Shown here: piece after piece, positions 35,718-45,937 of the stretch | How positions within the stretch are numbered: the stretch's first letter is position 1 | Layout: each line of letters opens with the position of its first letter | Assembly (NCBI GenBank): GCA_963775425.1 | Contig: CAVZJB010000017.1 | Location: 384,001 to 448,000, forward strand | Direction of reading: 5' to 3' | Source: an uncultured delta proteobacterium | Lineage (GTDB): Bacteria; Myxococcota; UBA727; VGSZ01 | Length of the DNA: 64,000 bases | Translations under genes and position numbers: made by a program | The notes under the pieces: generated by a model | Databases searched by the model: none | The model's input: only the letters and a program-made list of their open reading frames with translations | What the model was told of the DNA's origin: nothing

Positions 35718-38554
35718 CGCCCGCCGTCAGCGCCGTCGACGTCACCGTCCGCTTCGGCGCGCTCACGGCCGTCGATCACGTCTCGCTCGACGCAAACGCC
35801 GGCGAGGTGCTCGCCGTCGTCGGTGAAAACGGCGCCGGCAAGTCCACGTTGATGAACGCGCTGTTCGGCCTGTTGCGGCCGACCGAAGGAGAGGTGCGCG
35901 TCGACGGCGCCCGCGTCGAATTCAAGAGCGCGCAGGACGCGATCCGCGCGGGCATCGGCATGGTCCACCAGCACTTCCGGCTGGTGCGGCCGCTGACCGT
36001 CGCGGAGAACGTCGTGCTCGGCGACGAGCCGCACGAGCGCGGGGCGCGGGCACCGCTCCTCGACGTCACCGCGGCGCGGGCGCGGGTGGCGCGGCTGGCG
36101 GCGGAGCTCGGCTTCGACCTCGATCCCGCGGCGCGCGTCGAGGACCTCTCGGTGGGTGCGCAGCAGCGCGTGGAGATCGTGAAGAGCCTGGCGCGCGGGG
36201 CGCGCGTGTTGATCCTCGACGAGCCCACGGCGGTGTTGACGCCGCAGGAGGCCGACGACCTGTTCCGCATCGTGCGCAAGCTGGCGGACGGCGGGACCGC
36301 CGTGGTCTTCATCTCGCACAAGCTCGACGAGGTGGTCGCCGCCGCCGACCGCATCGCGGTGCTGCGCGCGGGGGCGCTGGTGACCACCGTCGACAACACG
36401 TCGGTGACGCCGAGGTCGCTGGCGCGCCTGATGGTGGGCCGGGACGTCGTCGACGAGCTGCCGCGGGCGCCGGCGTCGCCGGGGGCGCCGCTGTTGTCGC
36501 TCGAGGGCGTGAGCGCCGCCGACGCGCGGGGGATCCAGGCGTTGAAGGACGTGACGCTCGCGGTGCGCGCGGGCGAGATCGTCGGCGTGGCGGGCGTCGA
36601 GGGCAACGGCCAGGCCGAGCTCGTCGAGGTGGCGACGGGGCTGTTGCGCCCCGAGCGCGGCCGCGTGCTCCTCGGCGGCGACGACGTCACGAAGGAGGGG
36701 CCACGGCAGCGCTTTGCACGCGGCCTCGCGCACGTCCCCGGGGATCGCCTCAAGGACGCGGTGGCGCCGGCGCTGAGCGTCGAGGAGAACCTGGTGCTCG
36801 GGCGGCAGCGCGAACGGCGGTTCGCGATGACGCTGGCGGCGCGCGCGGTGGGCTTGTCGCGAGCGGCGATCCACGAGCACGCCGTCGCCTGCGAGGACGC
36901 GCTCGACGTCCGGCCGCGGGATCCGTCGCTGCCGCTCCACGCGCTCTCGGGCGGCAACCAGCAAAAGGCGGTGCTCGCGCGGGAGCTGTCGCGCGAGCCG
37001 AAGGTGCTCGTGGCGGCGCACCCCACGCGCGGCGTCGACGTCGGCGCCATCGAGGCCATCCACGCGCGCCTGCTCGCCGAGCGCGACGGCGGCGCGGCCG
37101 TGCTCATGGTGTCTTCGGACCTGGCGGAGGTGCTCGCGCTCTCCGACCGCGTCGTCGTGCTCTACAACGGCCGCCTCGTGCACGAGACAGCGGCGTCGAC
37201 GACGGACGCGCGCACGCTCGGCGCGTACATGCTCGGCGCGGCGCGAGCGGCGGACAAGGCGCACGGCGCGCCCCGCGACGACGGCGCGCGCGACGACGGC
37301 GCGCCCCGCGACGACCGCGCGCCCCTCGACGACCGCGCGCCCCGCGACGACCGCGTCGACGGCGCGCCCCCCGACGACGGCGCGCCCCGCGACGATTGCG
37401 CGGCCCCCGACGACGGCGCGCCCCGCGACGACGGCGCGCCCCGCGACGACGGCGCGCCCCGCCGCCACGGGGGCGAGGCGCCGCCCGGCTTCGGGGGGAT
37501 CGTTCGGAGCGCCGCGCGCGCGGCCGCGGTGCCGTTCGCGGCGTTCGCGGCGGCGCTGCTCGTCGGGGCGGTGCTCATCGCGGCCATCGGGCAAGACCCG
37601 TTGTCCGTGTACGCGGACCTCGCCGTCGGAACGCTCGGCTCCGCGTACGCCGTCGGCCAGACAATCGCGAAAGCGACGCCCCTCGTGTTCTGCGGTCTCT
37701 CGGTCGCGGTCGCGTTTCGCGCCGGACTCTTCAACGTCGGCGGCGAGGGACAGATGACCATCGGGGGCCTCGCCGCCGGCCTCGCCGGCCTCGCCGTCGC
37801 CGGCGCCCCCGCCTTCGTCGCCGTCCCCGTCGAGCTCGTCGCCGCGGCCGCCGGCGGCGCGCTCGTCGCCGCCGTCCCCGCGGCGCTGCGCGCGTACCGC
37901 GGGGTCCACGAGGTCATCTCGACCATCATGATGAACTTCATCGCCGCCGCCGCCGCCGGCTCCGTGATCACGCGCGTCGCCGTCACGGCCACCGTGCGCA
38001 CCGAGGAGCTCCCCGACGCCGGCCACCTGCCCCGCCTCGGCGCCGTCGCCGACGGCCTCGGACTGTCCTCGCTCGGCGACGCCCTGCGCCCCTCCACCGC
38101 CAGCAGCGCGTTCCTCATCGCGCTCGTGTGCGCCGCCGCGGTCGCGTGGTTTCTGTCTCGAACGGTCACCGGCTTCGAGGTGCGCGTCACCGGCGAAAAC
38201 CCGCGCGCCGCCGCCGTCGCCGGCATCTCCGTCCGCGCGACCACCATGAAGGCCATGCTCGGCGCCGGCGCGCTCGCGGGCCTCGGCGCCTCGAGCACGG
38301 TCCTCGGCGCCAAGTACTATTACGAGAGCGGCTTTGCCGCCGGCGCCGGCTTCACCGCCATCGCCGTCGCCCTCCTCGCCCGCAGCCACCCCGCCGGCGT
38401 CGTCGCCGCGGCCCTGTTGTTCGGCGCGCTCTCGCAAGGCGGGCTCGCCATCAACGCCCGCGTGAGCTCGGAGCTCGTCACCGTGCTCCAGGCGTGCATG
38501 ATCTTCTTCCTCATCGCCGGCCTGGCCTGGCGCTCCCGGCGGGGTGCGCGATGA
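35714..38554 (+). CDS. Fused ABC ATPase (two-domain sugar/nucleoside type) and permease
   Basis: GENGAGKST, ILDEPT, LSGGNQQK, then a repeat linker and a permease (GLFNVGGEGQ, EVISTIMMN) with no intervening stop; GTG overlaps the BMP stop. Confidence 0.88.
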   Translation: MTPAVSAVDVTVRFGALTAVDHVSLDANAGEVLAVVGENGAGKSTLMNALFGLLRPTEGEVRVDGARVEFKSAQDAIRAGIGMVHQHFRLVRPLTVAENVVLGDEPHERGARAPLLDVTAARARVARLAAELGFDLDPAARVEDLSVGAQQRVEIVKSLARGARVLILDEPTAVLTPQEADDLFRIVRKLADGGTAVVFISHKLDEVVAAADRIAVLRAGALVTTVDNTSVTPRSLARLMVGRDVVDELPRAPASPGAPLLSLEGVSAADARGIQALKDVTLAVRAGEIVGVAGVEGNGQAELVEVATGLLRPERGRVLLGGDDVTKEGPRQRFARGLAHVPGDRLKDAVAPALSVEENLVLGRQRERRFAMTLAARAVGLSRAAIHEHAVACEDALDVRPRDPSLPLHALSGGNQQKAVLARELSREPKVLVAAHPTRGVDVGAIEAIHARLLAERDGGAAVLMVSSDLAEVLALSDRVVVLYNGRLVHETAASTTDARTLGAYMLGAARAADKAHGAPRDDGARDDGAPRDDRAPLDDRAPRDDRVDGAPPDDGAPRDDCAAPDDGAPRDDGAPRDDGAPRRHGGEAPPGFGGIVRSAARAAAVPFAAFAAALLVGAVLIAAIGQDPLSVYADLAVGTLGSAYAVGQTIAKATPLVFCGLSVAVAFRAGLFNVGGEGQMTIGGLAAGLAGLAVAGAPAFVAVPVELVAAAAGGALVAAVPAALRAYRGVHEVISTIMMNFIAAAAAGSVITRVAVTATVRTEELPDAGHLPRLGAVADGLGLSSLGDALRPSTASSAFLIALVCAAAVAWFLSRTVTGFEVRVTGENPRAAAVAGISVRATTMKAMLGAGALAGLGASSTVLGAKYYYESGFAAGAGFTAIAVALLARSHPAGVVAAALLFGALSQGGLAINARVSSELVTVLQACMIFFLIAGLAWRSRRGAR
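37265..37461 (+). repeat. Imperfect 18-bp tandem repeat (GAPRDD)n linking ATPase and permease
   Basis: About 11 variants of ggcgcgccccgcgacgac. Confidence 0.88.
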
Positions 38555-39498
38555 CCGTCGCCGCCGTCGCCCTCCTCGTCGCGGCCACGCTGCGCATCGC
38601 CATCCCGCTGGCGCTCGCGGCCGCCGGCGGCGTCGTCTGCGAGCGCTCCGGCATCGTCAACCTCGCGCTCGAGGGCATGCTGCTCCTCGGCGCCTTCGGC
38701 TACGCGCTCGGCGCCCACGCCGCCGGCGCCGCCTTCGACGTCAGCGGGCAAGACGTGTCCTTCGGCGTCCACCTCGCCTGCGCCGCCTGCGGCCTCGGCG
38801 TCGCCGTCCTCTGCGCGTGCGCGCTCGCGCTCGTCCACGCCGTCGCCACCGTGGTCTTCCACGCCGACCAGGTGGTGTCCGGCGTCGCCGCCAACCTCCT
38901 CGCCGCCGGGCTGTCGAAGCTCTTGCTCAAGGCGGTGTTCGGCTCGTCGTCGAACTCGTCGCAGGTGCTCGGCGTCCCCGGGCTCCCCGGGCTGTCGTCG
39001 ATCCCCACCCTCGGCAGCGCCGTCGGCGCGCCCTTGCTCTGGATCGGCGCCGCCCTCGTCGTCCTCGCCCACGTCGTCGTCTTCAAGACCGTCTGGGGCC
39101 TGCGCGTCCGCGCCACCGGCGAGCTCCCCGCGGCCACCGAGGGCGCCGGCGTCTCCGTCGCTCGCGTGCGCATCGCCGCCGTCGTCGCGTCGGGCGCCCT
39201 CGCCGGGCTCGGCGGCGCCTGGCTGTGCGCCGACCAGCACCAGTTCACCGAGGGCATGAGCGCCGGCCGCGGCTACATCGCCCTCGCCGCCGTCATCTTC
39301 GGCAAGTGGCGCCCCGGCCCCGCCGCGCTCGCCTGCCTGTTCTTCGCCTTCGCCGAGGCGCTGCAGATCCAGCTCCAGGGGACCTCGGTGCCGCTGCCCA
39401 CACAACTGCTCCAGGTGCTGCCGCACCTGCTCGCGCTCGCCGTCCTCGCCGGCGCCGTCGGCGCCTCCCGCCCGCCCGCCGCCCTCGGCCGCGAGTGA
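38551..39498 (+). CDS. Nucleoside-type ABC transporter permease
   Basis: ERSGIVNLALEG, GRGYIALAAVIFGKW, PAALG C-terminus. Confidence 0.92.
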   Translation: MTVAAVALLVAATLRIAIPLALAAAGGVVCERSGIVNLALEGMLLLGAFGYALGAHAAGAAFDVSGQDVSFGVHLACAACGLGVAVLCACALALVHAVATVVFHADQVVSGVAANLLAAGLSKLLLKAVFGSSSNSSQVLGVPGLPGLSSIPTLGSAVGAPLLWIGAALVVLAHVVVFKTVWGLRVRATGELPAATEGAGVSVARVRIAAVVASGALAGLGGAWLCADQHQFTEGMSAGRGYIALAAVIFGKWRPGPAALACLFFAFAEALQIQLQGTSVPLPTQLLQVLPHLLALAVLAGAVGASRPPAALGRE

Positions 39499-39529
39499 CA
39501 CGCGGCCGGGGACCGTCGCTCGTCGTCGG

Positions 39530-39551
39530 GGTGCGTAGCGGTTTACGCACC
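39530..39551. promoter_or_regulatory. 8-6-8 inverted repeat upstream of the elb-like operon (operator or RNA hairpin)
   Basis: GGTGCGTA-gcggtt-TACGCACC, followed by TTGACG at 39560-39565. Confidence 0.4.
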
Positions 39552-39596
39552 GGGTGGTCTTGACGACGACGGGGCGTCCCGCAACACAGAGCGGCG

Positions 39597-41225
39597 ATGA
39601 GCCATTCGTCCGTTCACTACGTCGACAGCGACAGCCCCGCTCGCGTCATGTTCTCCGGAGAGCAACTGCTCATCGAGCACCTGCCACCGGGCACACGCGT
39701 CCTGTACCCCAAGCCCCCCATCGTCGGACTCAAGGACCCCGACGCCGCCATCCGCTACGCGCTCAACCACCCGCTCGGGATGGAGCCGCTGCACGCGCTC
39801 TTGTTCCCCGGCATGAAGGTCACCGTCGCCTTCGACGACATCTCGCTGCCGCTGCCGCCCATGAAGCGGCCGGACGTGCGCCAGCGCGTGCTCGAGATCG
39901 TGCTCGAGATCCTCGGCGACCACGGCGTCGACGACATCCACATCATCGCCGCCCTCGCCGTTCACCGGCGCATGACCCCGGACGAGATCAAGCACGCCGT
40001 CGGCGAGCGCATCTACAACCAGTACGCGCCAGACCGGCTGTACAACCACGACGCCGAAGACCCCGACGGCATGATCGACCTCGGCCGCACCGACAAGGAC
40101 GAGCTCGTCCAGATCAACAAGCGCGCGGCCGAGAGCGACCTCGTCATCTACGTGAACCTCAACCTCGTGCCCATGGACGGCGGGCACAAGTCCGTCGCCA
40201 CCGGCCTCACCGGCTACAAGGCGCTGCGCGCAAATCACAACCCCTACGTGATGCGCAAGTGCGACAGCTACATGGACCCCGACGAGAAGCGCTCGCCGCT
40301 GCACGAGTCCGTGAACCGGCAGGGGCGCTACGTCGAGAAGCACGTCAAGGTCTTCCACATCGAGACCGCCATCAACAACCGCATGTTCGAGGGACAGCTC
40401 GACTTCTTCATGAAGAAGGAAGAGTCGTTCACCGACTTCGACTGGCAGAAGGCGCGCGCGCTCAAGGCCACGCTCGACAGGCTCCCGCAGCAGGCGCGCC
40501 AGCAGCTCTTGTACGCGGCCCCGGCGGCGTACGAGCTCATCGGTGTGTGGGCCGGCGAGTGCGAGCAGGTCCACGCGCAGACGGTGGCCAAGTGCTTCGA
40601 GCAGTACCTCGTGCCGGTGAAGGGCCAGGCGGACATCGCCATCTTCGGCGTTCCCTACGTCTGCCCGTACAACGTGCACAGCTACCTGAACCCGCTGCTC
40701 GTGCAGGTGCAGGCCCAGGGCTACCTGCACAACCTCTACAAGGGCGCGCCGCTGCTGAAGAAGGGCGGCACCGTCATCATCACGCACCCCATGGAGGACA
40801 AGTTCGATCCGGTGCACCACGCGCCGTACATCGAATTCGTCCACCGGCTCCTGCCTGAGACGCGCGACGCCATGGTGTTGCACAAGAAGTACGAGCAGCG
40901 CTTCGCGGAAGACCCGACGTACATCGAGCTGTATCGCAAGAGCCACGCGTACCACGGCAGTCATCCGTTCTTCATGTGGTACTGGGGCGAGAACGGCCGC
41001 CAACACATCGGCCGCGTCATCGTCGCCGGCGCCAAGGACCCGTACATCTGCGAGCTGTTCGGCTACGAGCCCGCGGCCAACCTGCAGGAGGCCATCGCCA
41101 TGGCGCAGGACACGGCGCCGCGCTCGCCGCAGATCACCATGGTGCACGTGCCCCCCATCATGATGGTCGACGTGACGCCGACCGCAGAGCCGGCGCAGCT
41201 CGCCTCGGGCCCGGGGAAGGCGTGA
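39597..41225 (+). CDS. Lactate-racemase (LarA N-terminal/DUF2088) domain protein, elb-cluster associated
   Basis: ALNHPLG, VAFDDIS, AVHRRMT, NHDAED, GGHKS; overlaps the start of the ElbD-like gene. Confidence 0.8.
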   Translation: MSHSSVHYVDSDSPARVMFSGEQLLIEHLPPGTRVLYPKPPIVGLKDPDAAIRYALNHPLGMEPLHALLFPGMKVTVAFDDISLPLPPMKRPDVRQRVLEIVLEILGDHGVDDIHIIAALAVHRRMTPDEIKHAVGERIYNQYAPDRLYNHDAEDPDGMIDLGRTDKDELVQINKRAAESDLVIYVNLNLVPMDGGHKSVATGLTGYKALRANHNPYVMRKCDSYMDPDEKRSPLHESVNRQGRYVEKHVKVFHIETAINNRMFEGQLDFFMKKEESFTDFDWQKARALKATLDRLPQQARQQLLYAAPAAYELIGVWAGECEQVHAQTVAKCFEQYLVPVKGQADIAIFGVPYVCPYNVHSYLNPLLVQVQAQGYLHNLYKGAPLLKKGGTVIITHPMEDKFDPVHHAPYIEFVHRLLPETRDAMVLHKKYEQRFAEDPTYIELYRKSHAYHGSHPFFMWYWGENGRQHIGRVIVAGAKDPYICELFGYEPAANLQEAIAMAQDTAPRSPQITMVHVPPIMMVDVTPTAEPAQLASGPGKA

Positions 41226-44200
41226 GCGACCCCTTCGATCCCACGGGGCGCAGCTACGCGCCGGGCTCACGCGTGCCGCGCACGCCGCGGGAGCGGCAGC
41301 GCACGCTGCCGCCCCTCGACGTCACCGAGGCGCTCCTCGGCAAGAAGCTGCTCGTCATCGGTGGCACCGGGTTCTTGGGCAAGGTGCTCGTCGGCATGCT
41401 GCTCGCCCGCTTCCCCGGCGTCGGTCACATCTACTTGATGGTCCGCGGCAAGGGGAAGCTGTCGCCCAAGGAGCGCTTCGAGCAGGAGCTGTGGCCCACG
41501 CCGTGCTTCGATCCGCTGCGCGCCGATTACCCGCTCGAGCACCTCTACGAAAAGCTCACGCCCATCCCCGGCGACGTCGTGCAGCCGCGCGCGGGCATCC
41601 CGCCCGACGTCCTCGACACGCTTCGCGCCGAGGGCATCGACGCCGTGTTGAACGTCGCGGGCGTCGTGAGCTTCGATCCGCCGCTCGACGAGGGACTGAA
41701 GGTCAACGCCGTCGGCGTGAAGAACCTCCTCGAGCTCTGCCGCGAGCTGGCGGTGCCCGTCGACGGCAGCTTCATCGGCTCGCGCGACAGCATCATGCCG
41801 TCGCCGCAGCGGGCGGTGCCGCTGTTGCACACGTCCACCTGCTACGTGGCCGGCGGCCGCATCGGCACCATCTGGGAGGAGGACCCGCGCCTGTTCCCCT
41901 TCCCCAAGTCCGACGCGCTCGCGCGCGAGCATTGGAGCCCGGAGCGCGAGCTCAAAGAGGGCCTCGAGATCGCCCGGCACCTGCGCGAGCGCAGCATGGA
42001 TGCGCAGATGGAGAGCCGCTTCCTCGAGCGCGCCAAGGCCAAGCTGCGCGAGCTCAACCGCCCCACCACGGGCGAGCCGCTCGAGCACGCCATCAAGAAG
42101 GAGCGCGACCGCTTCATCGACGACGAGCTCGGCAAGGCGGGCATGGAGCGCGCCAAGCACTGGGGCTGGCCCAACACGTACACGTACACCAAGTCCATCG
42201 GCGAGCAGTTGTTGGCGGAGTCGGGGCAGCCGTACACCATCGTGCGCCCCGCCATCGTGGAGTCGAGCATCGAGTTCCCCTTCCGCGGCTGGAACGAGGG
42301 CATCAACACGTCGGCGCCGCTCATCTACCTGGCGCTCAACGGCCACACGCGTTTCCCCACGCGACCGGGCAACGTTCTCGACGTCATCCCCGTCGACATG
42401 GTCTGCGCCGGCACCATCCTGTCGGCGGCGGCGCTCCTGCGCGGCGAGCAGGCGCCCGTCTATCAATACGGCTCCGCCGACTGTAATCCGCTCACGCTGC
42501 ACCGCCTCACGGAGCTGGTCGCGCTCCACCTGCGGCGCCACATGCGCAGCCGCAACCGCGGCAACCCTCTGATCAACCGCACGCGGGGCCGCTTCGGCAG
42601 CTACCCGGTGACGCCGGAGCACTACAACGCAACGTCGGCGCCGATGATCGCCAAGGTGCTCGACGCCGCCAGCGACGGGCTCGCGCTCTTCAAGAAGACG
42701 CCGGCGTCGTCGGTGGCGCGGTCGCTCGACAAGAACGTCAAGGCGGTGACCAAGCAACTGCGCACCGTCGACTTCATCCTGCAGACCTTCATCCCGTTCA
42801 TGGCCGAGTACACGTGGACCTTCCGCTGCGACAACACGCGCGGCGAGTACGCGCGCACCGTCGACGCGGACAAGGCCCGCCTGCCCTGGTGGCCGGAGAA
42901 GATCGACTGGCGCGACTACGTCATCGACGTCCACATCCGCGGCCTGAAGAAGTGGGTGTTCCCGCACCTCGACGCCAAGCTCTTGAAGCGCCCGCGCCCC
43001 GAGGACCGCTTCAGTGATCTGGTGAGCTTCCTCGAGGAGGTCGCCGAGCGCGAGGGCAACCGCGTCTGCATCCAGCGCCTCGTCGACGAGCCCGCCGCCG
43101 CCGGCTCGCCGCGGGGTGCGGCCGCCACGAACGGACGCCGAACGCTCGCCGGCGTCACGTACCGCGACCTCCGGCGCCGCGCCCACGCCTGCGCATCACG
43201 GCTCGCGGACATGCACGTGCACCCGGGCGCGCGCGTCGCCCTGGTGGCCAAGAACTCGCCCGAGTGGGCCATCGCGTTCTTCGGCATCCTGAGCGCGGGC
43301 GCGTGCGTCGTCCCCCTCGACCCCGCCCTCGACCCCGACGAGCTCGGCCGCCGCATGCGCGAGGTGGGCGCGGACATGGCCATCGTCGGCGGCGACGCAC
43401 CGTCGCCGTCGGAGGCCGCGTGCTTCGACCTCGCGGAGCTCGTGGAGCTGGCGCCGGAGATCACGGTGGAGGCGCCCGAGGTGCTCGTCCGCCCCGACGA
43501 CGTCGCGGTCATCGCGTTCACCGCCGGCACCACCGGCGCGCAGAAGCCCGTCGTGCTCACGCACAAGAACGTCACCGCCGTGCTCGCGAGCGTGGCGCCG
43601 CTGTTCAAGATCTCCTCGCGCGACTCGGGCCTCTCCGTGCTGCCGCTGTTTCATACCTTCGAGCTCACCTGTGGGCTCTTGTTGCCCATGCTGCGCGGCG
43701 CCCGCGTCACCACCGTCGACGACGTCACGGCCGAGTCGCTGGCGGACGCGTTCCAGGTCGCCGGCATCACCGCGATGATCGGCGTCCCCCAGGTCTGGGA
43801 GGAGCTCGAGGAGAAGATCCGCGCCGACCTCGAGACGTCGGGGCCGCTGTCGGAGGCGGCGTTCCAGGCGGGGCTGTTCCTGAACCGCACCCTCGGCAAG
43901 GCGCTCGGCATCAACCTCGGCCGCATCATCTTCCGCCCCATCCACGACCGCCTCGGCGGGCGCGTGCGCTTCCTCGTGTCCACGGGCGGGCCGGTGCCCA
44001 AGAAGACCGCCGACACCTTCCGCGCCCTCGGCATCGAGCTCAAGCAGGGCTACGGCCTCACCGAGGCCGCGCCCGTGCTCGCGCTCGGCGACGCCAAGGG
44101 CCAGCGGCCGGTGCCCGGCGTCGAGGTGGAGATCCGCGACGTCCGCGAGGACGGCGTCGGCGAGATCGTCGCCCGCGGCGACGCCGTCATGCGCGGCTAC

Positions 44201-45937
44201 GTCGACGACGAGCTCACCGCCGAGGCCCTGGGGCAGGACGGTTGGCTCCGGACCGGTGACCTCGGGCGCATCGACAAAGACGGCCGCATCACCGTCATCG
44301 CGCGCGACAACGAGGTCATCACGCTCGCGTCCGGCCGGCGCGTCTACCCGCGCGGCATCGAGGAGGCGCTCCAAAAGACCAAGGGCGTCCTGGAGGTCTG
44401 CGTCGTCGGCGTCCCCGACGGCCAGGGCGGCGAGCGCGTGGCGTGTCTGGTCGTCGCCGGCGAAGGCGGCGAGGCCGGCAAGCCCGCGGCAGACAAGCCC
44501 GTCCACCACGACGAGGCCCCGCGCGACTTCGCCGCGCTCGAGCGCGCCGTCGCCTGGGGAGCGCGCAAGCTCGACGAGCACGAGCGCCCGACGCTCATCG
44601 TCGCCACGGCACGTCCGCTCCCGCGCACCACCGACCGCAAGGTGAAGCGCCCCGAGGTGCTCGCCGCGCTCGTCGCCGAAGAGAGCCGGCGCACCACGAA
44701 GGCGGCGACGTCCCTCACGCCCACCGAGGTGCTCGGGCCCAGGGACGTGGGCGCGAGCGAGCGCGAGCCGCGGCTCGCCGCTCCCGGGCGCAAGCGGGTC
44801 AAGAAGGCGGCCGACGAGCCCGTGGAGGTGCCGGCGCCGTTGCGCGACGCGCTCAAGGGCGTGCTCGGTGGCATGCAGAAGGCCTTCTACCAGCGCGGCC
44901 TCGACGTCGAGGTCGAAGGCGAGCACAACATTCCGTGGGACCGGCAGACCATCGTGGTCTCCAACCACTCGAGCCACCTCGACATGGGGCTCGTGAAGAC
45001 CGCGCTCGGCGGGTACGGCGAAGACATCGTCACCCTCGCCGCCAAGGACTACTTCTTCGAGGGCAAGTGGCGCCGCACGTACTTCGAGAAGCTCACCAAC
45101 CTCCGCCCGCTCGATCGCGGTGACAACCCGCGCGAGGCCATGCGCGAGGCGTCGGGCCTCCTCGAGCGCGGGCACACGGTGCTGGTGTTCCCCGAGGGGA
45201 CGCGCACCTCCACCGGCGAGATGGCACCGTTCAAACCGGGCGTCACCTATCTCGCGCTCAAGCACGGCATCGACATCCTGCCGGTGTACGTCGACGGCAC
45301 CTTCCGCTCCATGCCGCGTGGCAGCTTCGTCCCCAAGAATCGCCACGTCGCCGTGCGCATCGGCGAGACCCTGTCCGCGCGCGCGCTCTCGGCGGCCACC
45401 GCCGGGATGAAGCCGTCGGCGGCGTACCAGCGCACGGTGGTCGTCGTGCAACGCGCCGTGGAGGCGCTGCGCGACCGCCGCGCGTTCCATCTCGAGCGCG
45501 CCCTCGACGAGGCCCTCGGGCGCGCGCCCGCCGTCACGCCGCACGCAAACGGCTCGAACGGCGCGGGGCTCAACGGCCGCGCCGGGAACAACGGCGTGGG
45601 CGGCGAGAGTGAGACCGCCCGCGTGCTCCGCGAGATCTTCGCCGACCTCGAGAAGCGGTTTCAGAAGGACGCCGTCAAGGAGCCGGCCAACTTCTACTTC
45701 AAGCTCGGCGACAGCTTGGAGAGCAAGTGGACCGTGCAGGTGTCGCAGGACGGCTGCCGCATCGTCAACGAGAAGCTCGAAGGCGTCGACGCCGTCGTCA
45801 TCAAGACGGATCCCAAGATGTTCACGCGCATCATGCGCGATCACTACGCCCCCGACATCAGCGAGTTCCTCGACGGGACCATCAAGACCAACAACCCCGA
45901 GCTGCTCGCGATGTTCCTGTCGTTCTTCAACCTCTGA
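41222..45937 (+). CDS. elbD: Multifunctional ElbD-like enzyme: fatty acyl reductase + acyl-CoA synthetase + acyltransferase + SCP2-like domain
   Basis: GGTGFLGK, STCYV, WPNTYTYTK; FTAGTTG, GYGLTE, TGD; NHSSHLD, FPEGTR; SCP2-like tail. Confidence 0.82.
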   Translation: MSDPFDPTGRSYAPGSRVPRTPRERQRTLPPLDVTEALLGKKLLVIGGTGFLGKVLVGMLLARFPGVGHIYLMVRGKGKLSPKERFEQELWPTPCFDPLRADYPLEHLYEKLTPIPGDVVQPRAGIPPDVLDTLRAEGIDAVLNVAGVVSFDPPLDEGLKVNAVGVKNLLELCRELAVPVDGSFIGSRDSIMPSPQRAVPLLHTSTCYVAGGRIGTIWEEDPRLFPFPKSDALAREHWSPERELKEGLEIARHLRERSMDAQMESRFLERAKAKLRELNRPTTGEPLEHAIKKERDRFIDDELGKAGMERAKHWGWPNTYTYTKSIGEQLLAESGQPYTIVRPAIVESSIEFPFRGWNEGINTSAPLIYLALNGHTRFPTRPGNVLDVIPVDMVCAGTILSAAALLRGEQAPVYQYGSADCNPLTLHRLTELVALHLRRHMRSRNRGNPLINRTRGRFGSYPVTPEHYNATSAPMIAKVLDAASDGLALFKKTPASSVARSLDKNVKAVTKQLRTVDFILQTFIPFMAEYTWTFRCDNTRGEYARTVDADKARLPWWPEKIDWRDYVIDVHIRGLKKWVFPHLDAKLLKRPRPEDRFSDLVSFLEEVAEREGNRVCIQRLVDEPAAAGSPRGAAATNGRRTLAGVTYRDLRRRAHACASRLADMHVHPGARVALVAKNSPEWAIAFFGILSAGACVVPLDPALDPDELGRRMREVGADMAIVGGDAPSPSEAACFDLAELVELAPEITVEAPEVLVRPDDVAVIAFTAGTTGAQKPVVLTHKNVTAVLASVAPLFKISSRDSGLSVLPLFHTFELTCGLLLPMLRGARVTTVDDVTAESLADAFQVAGITAMIGVPQVWEELEEKIRADLETSGPLSEAAFQAGLFLNRTLGKALGINLGRIIFRPIHDRLGGRVRFLVSTGGPVPKKTADTFRALGIELKQGYGLTEAAPVLALGDAKGQRPVPGVEVEIRDVREDGVGEIVARGDAVMRGYVDDELTAEALGQDGWLRTGDLGRIDKDGRITVIARDNEVITLASGRRVYPRGIEEALQKTKGVLEVCVVGVPDGQGGERVACLVVAGEGGEAGKPAADKPVHHDEAPRDFAALERAVAWGARKLDEHERPTLIVATARPLPRTTDRKVKRPEVLAALVAEESRRTTKAATSLTPTEVLGPRDVGASEREPRLAAPGRKRVKKAADEPVEVPAPLRDALKGVLGGMQKAFYQRGLDVEVEGEHNIPWDRQTIVVSNHSSHLDMGLVKTALGGYGEDIVTLAAKDYFFEGKWRRTYFEKLTNLRPLDRGDNPREAMREASGLLERGHTVLVFPEGTRTSTGEMAPFKPGVTYLALKHGIDILPVYVDGTFRSMPRGSFVPKNRHVAVRIGETLSARALSAATAGMKPSAAYQRTVVVVQRAVEALRDRRAFHLERALDEALGRAPAVTPHANGSNGAGLNGRAGNNGVGGESETARVLREIFADLEKRFQKDAVKEPANFYFKLGDSLESKWTVQVSQDGCRIVNEKLEGVDAVVIKTDPKMFTRIMRDHYAPDISEFLDGTIKTNNPELLAMFLSFFNL

